A DNA stretch of 64,000 bases from Candidatus Poribacteria bacterium (GTDB lineage: Bacteria; Poribacteria; WGA-4E; PCPOR2b), in NCBI GenBank assembly GCA_965208325.1, contig OZ242326.1:448001-512000 (forward strand). The letters are read 5' to 3'. The notes under the pieces are model-generated. The model saw only the letters and a program-made list of their open reading frames with translations. It was not told where the DNA came from and did no database searches. Of the stretch, positions 20,406 to 31,025 are shown piece by piece. A program made the translations under genes and the position numbers. Numbering within the stretch: position 1 is the stretch's first letter; each line of letters opens with the position of its first letter.

Positions 20406-21266
20406 TTAAATCCTTGCTGCTGAGGTCTGAATTGTGCGTTTAGTAAGAACCCTAACCATGTCTTGCCGATACTCCGCTGAACACCGGAGGTCTGAAATCG
20501 GGCTTGACTGTTCTGCAGCAGCCGACGCCGCTTGGTCCAGAATTGAATCTGAAAGCGGATTTCCTTTCAGTATATTCTCCGCATCAGTTGGCCGAATCGG
20601 CGTAGGAGCAACAGCCGCGAGTCCAATTTTGACATCTGCCACCACACCGTGCGCCAACTCCAGAGAAGCCGCTACGCCAATGAAAGCGAGATCCATGACC
20701 TCGCGAATTTTTTGCTTTATGTAGTGTGAAGCCGATTTGTCGGGCCGGGGTGGGCAAACCAACCTAGTCACAATCTCACCATGATTTAAGGACGATTCTC
20801 CTGGTCCCACAAAAAAATCACGGATAGGGATAGTACGTTCTCCATATGTACTCGCAATTTCGAGCTGCGCACCAAATACTAAAAGAGCTGCGACCGTGTC
20901 TGCAGCCGGGGAAGCGTTACAAATGTTACCGCCAAGCGTCGCTAGGTTGCGAATTTGAATGGATCCAACTTCGCTTGCTCCCTCGGCTAATGCCGTGTAG
21001 CGGTTCCGGATAGTTGAAGATTGTTCGATGGCGCGCATTTTCGTCATCCCGCCAATCGATAAGCCTGTATTCTCATCATACGCGATGCTGTCCAATCCCG
21101 GTATCTGCGCTAAACTAACGACGGATTTTGGCGTTGCAATACCTTCTTTCCACCCGACGAGCAAATCTGTGCCACCCGCCAAAATCGTGGCTTCACCGCC
21201 GTTTTCGGCAAGCAGGGATGACGCTTCCTCGATTGTGGTTGGTTCAAAAAAAGCGAAACTTCTCAA
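20406..21266 (-). CDS. FAD-binding subunit (CoxM-like)
   Basis: LAGGTDLL, QIRNLATLGGNICNASPAAD; TTG start after SD AAGGAG. Confidence 0.92.
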   Translation of the reverse strand: MRSFAFFEPTTIEEASSLLAENGGEATILAGGTDLLVGWKEGIATPKSVVSLAQIPGLDSIAYDENTGLSIGGMTKMRAIEQSSTIRNRYTALAEGASEVGSIQIRNLATLGGNICNASPAADTVAALLVFGAQLEIASTYGERTIPIRDFFVGPGESSLNHGEIVTRLVCPPRPDKSASHYIKQKIREVMDLAFIGVAASLELAHGVVADVKIGLAAVAPTPIRPTDAENILKGNPLSDSILDQAASAAAEQSSPISDLRCSAEYRQDMVRVLTKRTIQTSAARI

Positions 21267-21399
21267 TATAGAAAACTCCTTGGACGTGCACACCATCTAC
21301 CGGGCGGCGATTGATATGCATTATCTTGTATTATTGAATGGTTAAACCCTATCAAATCTGATTAAGATTGTCAAGATATGCATGACACGCTGCTTTCCT

Positions 21400-22194
21400 T
21401 CACGCCGACATGAAGACAGGCAAATTATTCCGCTCGGTCAAGCGGTATTCGCGCTCCATACCGCACAACCAGTAGAACATTTCGGCGGCGTCGTTGATTG
21501 CGCGGTGGTACTCGCGGTGATAAGTCGGTCCGGGAGGCGGCCCCTTGGCATGTCGAGGATGGAAGTTCGGTTCGTGAATCCAGTCGCGTTCCGGGGCTAC
21601 GGTCCGCCTATACGCATACTTGAAAAGATGTCGAGTCCCCTTCGCAGTGGAGCCTGAGCGGCGGTGCCAGATAGGATAGGCGGTCAAAAAGATAGAACCT
21701 GCTGGCGCGGCTGTAGGGACTGCGCCCCGAATGCTCCCGTAATGCGCCATTGATGGAATACCATCGGCGATAAGAAAATGTGAGCCGGGCAACACCTCAG
21801 TCGGCCCCATTTCTAGCGGCGTATCTTGTGGATAATAGAATACTTGCAGGCAGTCGAGTATGGGAGGGAATACGGCGCCGCCATCAACGTGCCATGGGCC
21901 TGGCGGCAAAGGGCACACGACGGGATGGCCGGTATGCAGGTGAGTGGGGTAAGTAAAATCCTTTCCCAAGAGCGATCGGATTGCACCGGTTACATGCGGA
22001 TTGAGGCTGATATTCTCAGTGACGCCATCTATCATCCCGGTATCGCCGCCATCGGGGCGTTCCACAAAAAAATCAAACACCTGCCGGTTGATTTCATCAG
22101 GAACCACACCTTCGAAAATCAGGAAACCCTGTCTGCAAAACTCCAGCACCTGCGTATCTGTTAAGGTTGGTTTACAGTCATAAGTATCACGCAT
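21400..22194 (-). CDS. PhyH family dioxygenase
   Basis: WHVDG, YYPQDTPLEMGPTEVLPGSH, IWHRR; SD GGAGG before 22194. Confidence 0.88.
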   Translation of the reverse strand: MRDTYDCKPTLTDTQVLEFCRQGFLIFEGVVPDEINRQVFDFFVERPDGGDTGMIDGVTENISLNPHVTGAIRSLLGKDFTYPTHLHTGHPVVCPLPPGPWHVDGGAVFPPILDCLQVFYYPQDTPLEMGPTEVLPGSHFLIADGIPSMAHYGSIRGAVPTAAPAGSIFLTAYPIWHRRSGSTAKGTRHLFKYAYRRTVAPERDWIHEPNFHPRHAKGPPPGPTYHREYHRAINDAAEMFYWLCGMEREYRLTERNNLPVFMSA

Positions 22195-22469
22195 TGTGTG
22201 TGACCTCCATTTTGGGATAGTCAATGCTTCAGCGACTACAGCGGCAGCCGTGATGTGCATTCACCGAGTTTGAGGCACGGCAGCGAATTGGACAAAAAGG
22301 CGATTCTTCCTTCGTTATCACGAAACCACTGGAATTTTATGATGTACCACATTTTACAGGAAATCACGGTCGATGTCAAGGTCTGTGTAGGTTTATCAAC
22401 GCGCAGCATAGTTGTCTTGCTTTGGATAAATAAAATTCAGGATTAGAGAGCTAAAATCGCATCCGTCCG

Positions 22470-23477
22470 TTAGTCAGTTTTACGAAAAAGGGCTGACTTG
22501 GAAACCGCCCCATACACACCCAAAAGCAAGCTGAACAACAACGTCAGAATGTGCAGACTAAACGCAGAAATAATCGCATTGTCCCTTGAGATTCCGAGAC
22601 CCGTAAGCGCCAATATCCACGGCACTTCCACGGTGCCAAAATTTCCCACAGTCTGGATAGGAAACATGTTGAAAAACGAAGTAAGGCTTAGTGCAAAGAT
22701 AATCTCCAGAATACCTAGATTCATCTGCATTGATGTTACGAGATAGCACTGCATGATGAACCGCAGTCCTAGATTCGCAATCGAACAGCCAATTATGCCG
22801 AGTAACAGCCAATTAAAGGGCAGCTTGGTGACCTCTCGCAGCAACCTCGCGAACGACTCCACGAGACGAACCAATACCGCCATTCTAATCCTACTCGATA
22901 AGGACTCTACCCATTTTACCCCCCCGCAGACCGCGTTTGGCAACAAGAGGATTACAATTGCGGCAGACAAAATGACTGAAATTCCGATTAGCGGCAAAAC
23001 AAAAAGAAGCCAATAAGATAAATTGCTCTGTGCCGACAATTCCAGTCTGAACCCCCACGCCGTGGCTGACATCGCCAACAATATCAGCAGGATGTCGATA
23101 ATACTCGCACTCAATAAAGAGGCGATCCCCTTGGCCGCGGGCACTTTTTCGTCTCGCCTCAGGAGATAAACATACGAGAATTCCCCCGTACGCATCGGCA
23201 AGATGTTCGTCCAGAAGGTTTGAAGTGAAACAATTGAAACCAGCCGATGCAGTTTTACATTGACACCCAGAATTAACCGAAACCGCAGCGCTTTGAACGG
23301 CAATGACAGAAAATAAATCACGAACGCGAAAAGCAGATCCTTTATGGGAATGCGTCGAACCGTGTCTACAATGTAAGACGGATCTTTGAGCTTCGACAGT
23401 AGGAAAAAGACAACCATTACGGCAATTGCCGATGTTAACAAGAATCTGTTGCGCGCCGACAATAGAACCCCCTGCAT
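22470..23477 (-). CDS. Lysylphosphatidylglycerol synthase TM / flippase-like protein
   Basis: Multiple TM segments; KALRFRLIL, NILPMRTGE, GNFGTVE. Confidence 0.75.
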   Translation of the reverse strand: MQGVLLSARNRFLLTSAIAVMVVFFLLSKLKDPSYIVDTVRRIPIKDLLFAFVIYFLSLPFKALRFRLILGVNVKLHRLVSIVSLQTFWTNILPMRTGEFSYVYLLRRDEKVPAAKGIASLLSASIIDILLILLAMSATAWGFRLELSAQSNLSYWLLFVLPLIGISVILSAAIVILLLPNAVCGGVKWVESLSSRIRMAVLVRLVESFARLLREVTKLPFNWLLLGIIGCSIANLGLRFIMQCYLVTSMQMNLGILEIIFALSLTSFFNMFPIQTVGNFGTVEVPWILALTGLGISRDNAIISAFSLHILTLLFSLLLGVYGAVSKSALFRKTD

Positions 23478-23581
23478 TCAATCACTTGGCTGTATCGGAA
23501 ATCTATCCGAGTGTGTTGTAGACAGCACCGCAATTGTGTGAATGCCTTCATACGGTTTGAAACGTGGGAAAATATTCGGCA

Positions 23582-24421
23582 TTACCCAAGTTTTCGGGCG
23601 ACCAATATAATTGGATAATAAAACTCCAGTTTTCTGCCGAGGTACTTCACGACCGAAATGAGTTTTAGCCGATGTACAATTTTTGTCAATTTCATCATAA
23701 TGCCGGTCGATCCCCAGGTCGAAAAGGCAGCAGTCTCTAAGCGTTTTTCCCATATGTCAATTCCTAAGTTTAAAATTTCTACTTTTTCACCCGCGAAAGC
23801 CTTTACGATGCGGGACGGCGTCGTGTATTGAATCTCGTCCAAAAAGTCCGCATTCCGGCCTGTACACCTAAGGTAAATCTTCGCTAGAAACCGGGGGAAT
23901 TGTGGTAACCAGATTACGCCGTAGTGCCCTTCCCAAAAAGAGTTGTAATTTGGTACAACAAAGTGGATGTATCCCCCCGGTTTTAGCACACGTACAGTTT
24001 CCCGCAAGACTTTTTCAGGGATTTGCGTGTGCTCAAGTACCTGGAACGAAACAACCAAGTCAAACGTTCGATCTCCGAAAGGCAAGTCTTCTCCGACGCT
24101 GCGCAGTATATTCCTATGAACGCCAGCGTTATCAAGGCGATCAAGAGAAATGCCAACCTTAACTGAATCCGGTTCGATTCCGTAACAATCCCCGCCTTTC
24201 TGCTGACACACGATGTTAAACGTACCTAAACCGCTGCCAATCTCCAAAATTCTCTTGCCTTTTACCTGAATCCCAAAAGCCTCCCGCATAATTGCAATCC
24301 GCTCTTCCTCGCGCTGCGTAGAGAGCGATTCTCTAATGCCTTTTTCTACATTGGGCAACGGCTTTTTACACCCCGACAAATAGTATTCCTTCAATTTTTC
24401 GATTAGCATGTCTTGATTCAT
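23582..24421 (-). CDS. Class I SAM-dependent methyltransferase
   Basis: ILEIGSGLG, EDLPFGDRTFDLV, VLEH, RVLKPGG. Confidence 0.9.
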   Translation of the reverse strand: MNQDMLIEKLKEYYLSGCKKPLPNVEKGIRESLSTQREEERIAIMREAFGIQVKGKRILEIGSGLGTFNIVCQQKGGDCYGIEPDSVKVGISLDRLDNAGVHRNILRSVGEDLPFGDRTFDLVVSFQVLEHTQIPEKVLRETVRVLKPGGYIHFVVPNYNSFWEGHYGVIWLPQFPRFLAKIYLRCTGRNADFLDEIQYTTPSRIVKAFAGEKVEILNLGIDIWEKRLETAAFSTWGSTGIMMKLTKIVHRLKLISVVKYLGRKLEFYYPIILVARKLG

Positions 24422-24548
24422 TTTAACATTCCGATGGTCATCATGCGAGGAGGTGAGACCGCTTTACACACGTCTGTGCCTTATTATATCACATGAACCA
24501 TTGACTTCAATCGAAGAAGTCTGTACTTCCCATGAAAGGATATTTCGC

Positions 24549-24577
24549 TTGCACAATCCCGAAAACTCATGTATGAT
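24549..24577 (+). promoter_or_regulatory. Putative sigma70 promoter of mutS
   Basis: TTGCAC-17 bp-TATGAT. Confidence 0.45.
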
Positions 24578-24661
24578 AAATCGTTAAGAGAATCATAACA
24601 TACCTGAAGTGGCAATCTTAGTCAGTTGCGGGTGTCAGTGCGAAATTTTTAAAGGTTTACG

Positions 24662-27600
24662 ATGCCAAAAAAAACACAACTTTCCCCCTTGATGGAGCAA
24701 TATAAACAGCTGAAAAACCAGTATCGAGATTCGGTTCTGCTCTGCCGTGTAGGAGACTTCTATGAGGCGTTCTTTGAAGATGCGGTGCTAATCGCTCGTG
24801 AGTTGGAGATTGTCCTGACTTCGCGTGACAAAGATAAAGCGACGCCGATGGCAGGAATTCCGCATCACGCGCTCGATTCATATCTTTACAAACTCGTCAA
24901 GGCGGGCCACAAAGTTGCAATATTAGAGCAAATTGAAGACGCGAAGAACGTGCCCCCGGGAGAGCTTGTAAAGCGGGATATCGTCCGAATTGTAACGCCC
25001 GGCACGTTGACGGATCCAAAGGTGCTCGATCAGCGTATGAACAACTATTTAGTTGCCGTCTGTATCCGTGATGAAATCTACGGATTTGCGTCGGTCGATC
25101 TATCGACAGGTGAATTTGCGGTAACCGAATTACAAGATGACGAGAAACTATGGACAGAACTACATCGGCTTGCTCCCAAGGAACTTCTGCTCTCTGAGGT
25201 GTTTGATGATCCAGAGATTTTGGAACGGATAAGGGTCGATTTGAAAGCAGTGGTGAATACGCTGCCGGATTGGCGGTTCGCGCTGGACACAACGAGATCG
25301 GAACTGCTGCAACATTTCAATACGCTCTCGCTAGACGGTTTTGGATGCGAACATCTCCCAACGGCCATATGTGCCGCGGGCGCGTTGATATATTATCTGC
25401 ATGAGACCCAAAAACAAGAGGTAGAACACATTCTTTCCATCCACACCTACACGGTTTCTGACTTTATGATATTGGACGCGGATACACAACGGAATCTGGA
25501 GTTGACGACATCTATCCGCGACGGCTCCGCTAAAGGCACACTCTTGGAAACAATAGACCAAACTGTGACACCGATGGGAGCGCGCAAACTTCGCGGTTGC
25601 CTCTTGCAACCGCTGCTTCAACCGGACCAAATTATCGCACGTTTGAACGCAGTCGAAGAAATGAAAAATCAGATTGGCACACAGGAGGAAATTCGTGATT
25701 TACTAAATAAAATTTACGACATGGAGAGGTTGATTTCGAGAATCAGTTTAGGGACGGCAAACGCCCGTGATCTGCTTGCATTGAGGGACTCACTGTATTT
25801 GATTCCGGCGATTAAAGATCAGCTTGGGGATTGCGAGACCTCATTATTGCAGACCTTGAACGACACACTTGACCCTTTAAATCAGTTAGCAACGCTGATC
25901 GAGTCGGCGATTCATCCCGAGCCTCCCGTAACGTTGCGCGAAGGCGGATTAATCCGCGACGGTTATAGCGGTCAGTTAGACGAGCTGCGCGCCATCACGA
26001 GCAAAGGGAAAAACTGGATTGCGGAACTTCAGCAATTGGAACGCGAAAAGACTGGCGTTACATCGCTGAAAATCGGTTTCAATCAGGTCTTCGGTTACTA
26101 CATCGAAGTCACAAACTCGAATCTCCACCTTGTACCCGATGATTATATACGCAAGCAGACATTGACGAACGCAGAACGGTTCATTACCCCGGAGCTTAAG
26201 GAGCGGGAAGCGCAAATCTTGAACGCGCAGGATCAGATTCAGGCGCTTGAGCATAGTCTCTTTCTTGAAATCCGCGCGCAAATTGCCCAAGAGACGGAGC
26301 GGATCCAGAAAACCGCGGCGGTGATTGGGATGATTGATGTGATCGCAAACCTAGCTTATATTGCGGCTAAACATGATTACGAGAAACCCATTATTGATGA
26401 GAGTGATGAAATTATTATTCGCAATGGACGCCACCCCGTAGTTGAACGGCTGTTCACGCAAGAGGGGTTTGTTCCTAACGACACTTCATTAAATTGCCGC
26501 GGCCATCAGATGCACATTATCACGGGACCAAATATGAGCGGCAAATGCGTTCGCGGTGACACGCTAGTGTTCACCGATGCCGGTCTTGTCCCAATCGCTT
26601 CTCTTCAACCCGGCAAGGTTGAAATAGACAGCTTCACCCCAGTGAATTACCGCGTAAAGGGGCTGAACGGACACGCGCGCGCAACCCATTTCTACGCCGG
26701 CGGGCGGCGCCGAACCGTGCGACTCCGCACGAGACTGGGTTACGAATTGGAAGGCACACCCGAACATCGAATTTGGGTGCGCCAGCAGTCCGGCGTGGAG
26801 GGTTGGAAACCGCTGGGGAAAATTGAGAGTAGCGATGCTGTCGCAATCGATTGCCAGATTGATTTGTGGGGGGCTAACGATACACTACAATCGCCGCGCG
26901 CAGCTTATATGGAATCTCAAGTAAACCGCATTGAAATGCCGCGAGACTCGTCAGCGGACTCGCTGCCCGCCCGCCTTACGCCGAATCTGGCTTATTTGGT
27001 GGGATTGCTGGTTGGCGGTAGTGTATCGACCGATGGAGACGCTGTATCACTGGAAACGAAGGACGCGTTTCTCGGGCGAGAATTTAGACGCATAATAGGT
27101 GCGGAGTTTGGATACAGTAGGAAGCCAACCTCCCAAATAAGGAATTCCAACAATCGCGGAGGTGATTTTCAGATTCGGCGTTTCATTGAAGCCTTGGGAC
27201 TGGCGCATACTGCTAATGAGCAGGTTCCGGCGGCTATTTTGGGCGCACCAAAGGCTGTCGTTGCTGCATTCCTGCAAGGGCTGTTTGACATAACTAGCGA
27301 TGGTGATGCAAAAGAGGACATCACCCTGTTTACTCCATCGGATACTCTTGCTAAACAGGTGCATACGCTTCTGCTTAACTTCGGGATCTTGTCCGCGTTA
27401 CAGGAGAAAAAAGCGAGTCGCGCTGGCAACTGGATTTACCGAATTTCTATTACCGGTGCAGACGCATTGAGGTTTTTCCGGCAGATTGGATCTAGAAATC
27501 CGGTCAAGCGGCGCCGCGCCAAACATATTCGGTTCATAGGTTATCCCAGAGTCACCGGCATGGAACACCGAGACGAACGATCATCAGGCGGCGGGCGTTA

Positions 27601-28486
27601 CGTCTTCGATTCAATCGCGGACATAACCACCGGTACGGCAGAGGTTTTCGATCTCTCTGTGGAAGAGAGCCACTCGTTTGTCGCTAACGGCTTCGTGAAC
27701 CACAATTCGACGTATCTGCGTCAGACGGCGCTCATTACCCTGTTTGCGCAGATGGGGAGTTTCGTGCCTGCATCGGCGGCGAAGATTGGGATTGTGGATC
27801 GGATTTTCACTCGCGTCGGGGCGTCAGATAACCTCGTGATGGGTCAAAGCACCTTCCTGGTCGAGATGAACGAAACCGCGAATATTCTGAACAACGCGAC
27901 CTCGAAAAGTCTGATTATTCTTGATGAAATCGGGCGCGGTACCAGTACCTTCGACGGGTTGAGCATCGCATGGGCGGTCGCGGAGTACATTCTGGACAAG
28001 AAGAAGATTGGCGGCAAAACACTGTTTGCCACGCATTATCACGAACTCATTGAGTTGGCAGGCAAATACAAAAACGTGAAAAATTTCAACGTTGCCGTCC
28101 ATGAAGATGGAGAGAAGATAACGTTTCTGCGGAAAGTCGTGGAGGGAGGTACCGACCAGAGCTACGGGATTCATGTGGCGCGACTCGCAGGGTTGCCGCT
28201 GGCAGTAATTGCGCGCGCGCAACAGATTTTGGAGATTCTCGAACAGCACAACCTGAGCATTGAGGGAGAGGAAAGAGGGCGCCTGCCGAAGGCAGCACCC
28301 AAAACGCCGCGTCCCCGACGCCGAATGTCGCAGTCCGCCTTTCAAGATGATTCGCTCCAACTCGCACTGTTCACCCCAAAAACGCACCCCATCGTGGAGC
28401 AACTTCAAGACCTTGACCTCAATGACATGACCCCCATGGGGGCACTCAACCTACTCTATCAATTGAAGGCAAAGGCAGACGAATAA
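24662..28486 (+). CDS. mutS: DNA mismatch repair protein MutS (MutS1), intein-containing
   Basis: RVGDFYEAF, GRHPVVE, TGPNMSGK-[intein]-STYLRQ, STFLVEM, DEIGRGTST, FATHYHEL, SYGIHVA. Confidence 0.97.
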   Translation: MPKKTQLSPLMEQYKQLKNQYRDSVLLCRVGDFYEAFFEDAVLIARELEIVLTSRDKDKATPMAGIPHHALDSYLYKLVKAGHKVAILEQIEDAKNVPPGELVKRDIVRIVTPGTLTDPKVLDQRMNNYLVAVCIRDEIYGFASVDLSTGEFAVTELQDDEKLWTELHRLAPKELLLSEVFDDPEILERIRVDLKAVVNTLPDWRFALDTTRSELLQHFNTLSLDGFGCEHLPTAICAAGALIYYLHETQKQEVEHILSIHTYTVSDFMILDADTQRNLELTTSIRDGSAKGTLLETIDQTVTPMGARKLRGCLLQPLLQPDQIIARLNAVEEMKNQIGTQEEIRDLLNKIYDMERLISRISLGTANARDLLALRDSLYLIPAIKDQLGDCETSLLQTLNDTLDPLNQLATLIESAIHPEPPVTLREGGLIRDGYSGQLDELRAITSKGKNWIAELQQLEREKTGVTSLKIGFNQVFGYYIEVTNSNLHLVPDDYIRKQTLTNAERFITPELKEREAQILNAQDQIQALEHSLFLEIRAQIAQETERIQKTAAVIGMIDVIANLAYIAAKHDYEKPIIDESDEIIIRNGRHPVVERLFTQEGFVPNDTSLNCRGHQMHIITGPNMSGKCVRGDTLVFTDAGLVPIASLQPGKVEIDSFTPVNYRVKGLNGHARATHFYAGGRRRTVRLRTRLGYELEGTPEHRIWVRQQSGVEGWKPLGKIESSDAVAIDCQIDLWGANDTLQSPRAAYMESQVNRIEMPRDSSADSLPARLTPNLAYLVGLLVGGSVSTDGDAVSLETKDAFLGREFRRIIGAEFGYSRKPTSQIRNSNNRGGDFQIRRFIEALGLAHTANEQVPAAILGAPKAVVAAFLQGLFDITSDGDAKEDITLFTPSDTLAKQVHTLLLNFGILSALQEKKASRAGNWIYRISITGADALRFFRQIGSRNPVKRRRAKHIRFIGYPRVTGMEHRDERSSGGGRYVFDSIADITTGTAEVFDLSVEESHSFVANGFVNHNSTYLRQTALITLFAQMGSFVPASAAKIGIVDRIFTRVGASDNLVMGQSTFLVEMNETANILNNATSKSLIILDEIGRGTSTFDGLSIAWAVAEYILDKKKIGGKTLFATHYHELIELAGKYKNVKNFNVAVHEDGEKITFLRKVVEGGTDQSYGIHVARLAGLPLAVIARAQQILEILEQHNLSIEGEERGRLPKAAPKTPRPRRRMSQSAFQDDSLQLALFTPKTHPIVEQLQDLDLNDMTPMGALNLLYQLKAKADE
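26546..27706 (+). mobile_element. Intein (387 aa) with degenerate LAGLIDADG domain
   Basis: Block A CVRGDTLV, block B GTPEHRIW, block F VFDLSVEESHSFVANG, block G NHN followed by Ser; removing it restores GPNMSGKSTYLRQ. Confidence 0.95.
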
Positions 28487-28592
28487 AACCGCAGCATATC
28501 AAACCGTGCGTCCCTCGAATAAACGGCGACGTTAATCATGGCACTGCATCCGGATTTTCCCGAATCTCTACATGCTGGTGGTGACATAACAT

Positions 28593-28913
28593 TTGGCCTC
28601 CATTGCCAAAAACCATTTCGGCGTCAGGTTTAAGCCTGATTACGCCAACTACTACCCCGATTTTATCGTGAAGCTGGCGGATGGACGAGTGATTGTCGTC
28701 GAGACTAAAGGTCGAGAAGATGTGGATGCCGCGCCCAAAATGCGCCGACTGTGGCAGTGGTGCGAGGATGTCAACAGCGTTCAGGGAGAAACCGTTTATG
28801 GCTGTGTCTACGTAGACGAAGAAAGCTTTCGGACATATCAACCGAAGACATTTCAGCAACTGTTGGATGGGTTCGCGCACGATAGGAGGCAATACAATGA
28901 AACGCAGAACTAA
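28593..28913 (+). pseudogene. C-terminal remnant of a type III restriction (Res-like) endonuclease
   Basis: AKNHFGV.F..DY, NYYPDFIVK, VVETKGRED, WCEDVN PD-(D/E)xK tail with no helicase N-terminus. Confidence 0.7.
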
Positions 28914-29493
28914 GATTTTCGGGCTAGCGGGTGGTATTGCTGCAATTGTATGTTTCGTGCTGGTCTATTTTCTAGGAATGCGTGAAGAAGACACGGCTCA
29001 GGCGTATAAGCCCTATATCGGTTACTTCACCACAACACCAACCATCCGCATTTCTGCTTTTGAATCAATTCTGTCAAGGCTACAACAGTCTGGAGGCGGT
29101 GAGGTAATTTTCAGCGGGGGAAAGGGATTTGTGCGTTTTCAAGTTCGTGAAAATGGGAACATTGTGGCGTTGGTTCCCGTGTCAGCATCAGTACGGCGTC
29201 GGTTGCCCGCCACACTGGCTAGGTTCTTTATGGCGGACAAATACAAATTCCATAATATCCGGCTGCCCCGCCATGAAAGGCAGCGGCTTGAAGAGATGAA
29301 GCCGCTCCACAATGCAGTAGAGCGGAAAGTCTCTTATTCAGGCACAGCGCCGCATATTTTCATTGAGGCGGAATTGAAATTGGATGTTTCACGTGCATCG
29401 GTGTTAGCGGAATCAATCTTGACGGAGGTTTTTCAAATTGGGTCAGGCATGCTAGATATCTACGGGGGTGAATACCGTAAATTTCGTTGGTAG
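28897..29493 (+). CDS. Hypothetical membrane-anchored protein
   Basis: SD AGGAGG; N-terminal basic residues plus TM segment. Confidence 0.6.
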   Translation: MKRRTKIFGLAGGIAAIVCFVLVYFLGMREEDTAQAYKPYIGYFTTTPTIRISAFESILSRLQQSGGGEVIFSGGKGFVRFQVRENGNIVALVPVSASVRRRLPATLARFFMADKYKFHNIRLPRHERQRLEEMKPLHNAVERKVSYSGTAPHIFIEAELKLDVSRASVLAESILTEVFQIGSGMLDIYGGEYRKFRW

Positions 29494-29545
29494 TAGGAAA
29501 ATAGTTACTTGTGGCTTTACGCTTTGTTAGGCAAGAGATGCAGGT

Positions 29546-30376
29546 ATGCTGAACAATACATACGCCTACGTCCGTGCTAGGTGGGTAATCTTAGTTTCGA
29601 TAATCGGGTTTGTTGCCCCGGCTTTTGTTTTCGATTTGAACCAACCGCTTGAGAACGCGGTCTATTATTTGGTATCATACAGTCTCATCGGCTTGCTATT
29701 ATGGTGGATTTGGGGACGGAATCTCGAGTCGAAAGATGTCTTCGGCACAGTCCCAAATGGGGAAGAGGCATGGATTTGTCTGATGCTCGGAACACCCTCG
29801 GTATGCGCACATTATGCGGGAAAATATCTGTTGTTTGTGCCGTTGTCCTTTGTAGTGCCGCAGTTTGTTTCTTGGTGGCTGTTCGAAACTTCGACTACGC
29901 TTTTTGACATGTCCTTCACCCGAGAGGCGATGTTGGTCAACGGATTGATGGCATTTAACCTCGTGATCTTAGTGCCAATCGTCGAGGAAATCGTGTTTCG
30001 GGGGTTCCTTCTGCATCGGTGGTGCGAAAAATTCGGCGAGAAACGAGGCGTTGTGTTGTCCTCAATGTTGTTCAGCATAATACACAAAGACATACTTGGA
30101 AACCTCGTTGTTTCGGTCATCGTAAGTGTTTTCTGCCTTCACAGAAAATCGCTAGTCGATCCCATTCTTATTCATGCCGGCAACAACTTAATGGTGGTGA
30201 TAGTGGTACTGTTTGTTTGGGTTGTTGGAGGAGAGGTCGTTGGACCACTAGCTGCCTCAACAGTCGAGGAGTTTCGATCCGGCTGGTGGTTCGGTGCATT
30301 CACCGCGGTCGTCAGCGTTCCGTGGTTGTATTGGTTTGTAAAGACCCGATTGTTGGAATCGAACGCTTCGTGCTAG
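29546..30376 (+). CDS. CPBP family intramembrane metalloprotease (CAAX/Abi)
   Basis: PIVEEIVFRGFL, FSIIH, HAGNN. Confidence 0.88.
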   Translation: MLNNTYAYVRARWVILVSIIGFVAPAFVFDLNQPLENAVYYLVSYSLIGLLLWWIWGRNLESKDVFGTVPNGEEAWICLMLGTPSVCAHYAGKYLLFVPLSFVVPQFVSWWLFETSTTLFDMSFTREAMLVNGLMAFNLVILVPIVEEIVFRGFLLHRWCEKFGEKRGVVLSSMLFSIIHKDILGNLVVSVIVSVFCLHRKSLVDPILIHAGNNLMVVIVVLFVWVVGGEVVGPLAASTVEEFRSGWWFGAFTAVVSVPWLYWFVKTRLLESNASC

Positions 30377-30541
30377 TTTAGGACGGAAAAGTTGCGGAGT
30401 AAAACGTGGGATTGCACATGATTGGCTTTCCTAGATTTGGTAAACGGTAGAATTATGTTTAATCCGTCTTTCAATTGGGTTTGCGGAGCGTTGCGGGGCA
30501 AACTCGAATTTCCCAAAATGTTTTAACCCAAGGAGACTTAC

Positions 30542-31009
30542 ATGAATGTAGAATCGTACATGACCGAAAGAGTTGACAATCAGGTTGAGAATTTTGACCA
30601 GCTCGCACGCTGCAACCAGAGAATATATAGCTTTCTGCGAATGGCCACGATTGCGTGCAACGTTCTCACCGCCTTTGCTATCGCGTTGACTCTCGCTGCG
30701 CCAGCACGATATAAGATATATGCGGGGCTGGGGGCGTTGGTCGTCTCAATGATAGTCCTTGCTGCACACCAGATACAAGAGTTCTACAAGTTTGGGTCGA
30801 AATGGGAAAAGTTCCGAACGGTCGCATAGCAGATAAAATCTGAAAAGTTCCTGTTTCTGAATGACGCAGGTACTTATCGCGCAGGTGATACCGATTCAAA
30901 GAAACGCGCCTTCATTGAGAGCATTGAAGGTATCATTCAGGGAACAGATAAATCCAATTTTGCACTGATGATAGAACCCGACGAAGAACATGAACCGCAG
31001 TTGCAATAG
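30542..31009 (+). pseudogene. DUF4231/SLATT-like two-TM protein interrupted by an in-frame TAG (30827-30829)
   Basis: SD AAGGAG; two TMs; WEKFRTVA*QIKSEKFLFLNDAGTY...FIESIEGII continues in frame to TAG at 31009. Confidence 0.75.
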
Positions 31010-31025
31010 CGTTAGGAAGGGCAAC

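Noticed and set aside
17408..21266. Aerobic CO dehydrogenase (coxMSL)
   Set aside because: Gene order fits, but the motif AYRAPG lacks the Cu-binding Cys and no cox accessory genes are adjacent.
30827..30829. TAG recoding (pyrrolysine or alternative code)
   Set aside because: TAG terminates ordinary genes here (e.g. 7897, 13191, 51448, 53453) and no pyl genes are present; a nonsense mutation is simpler.
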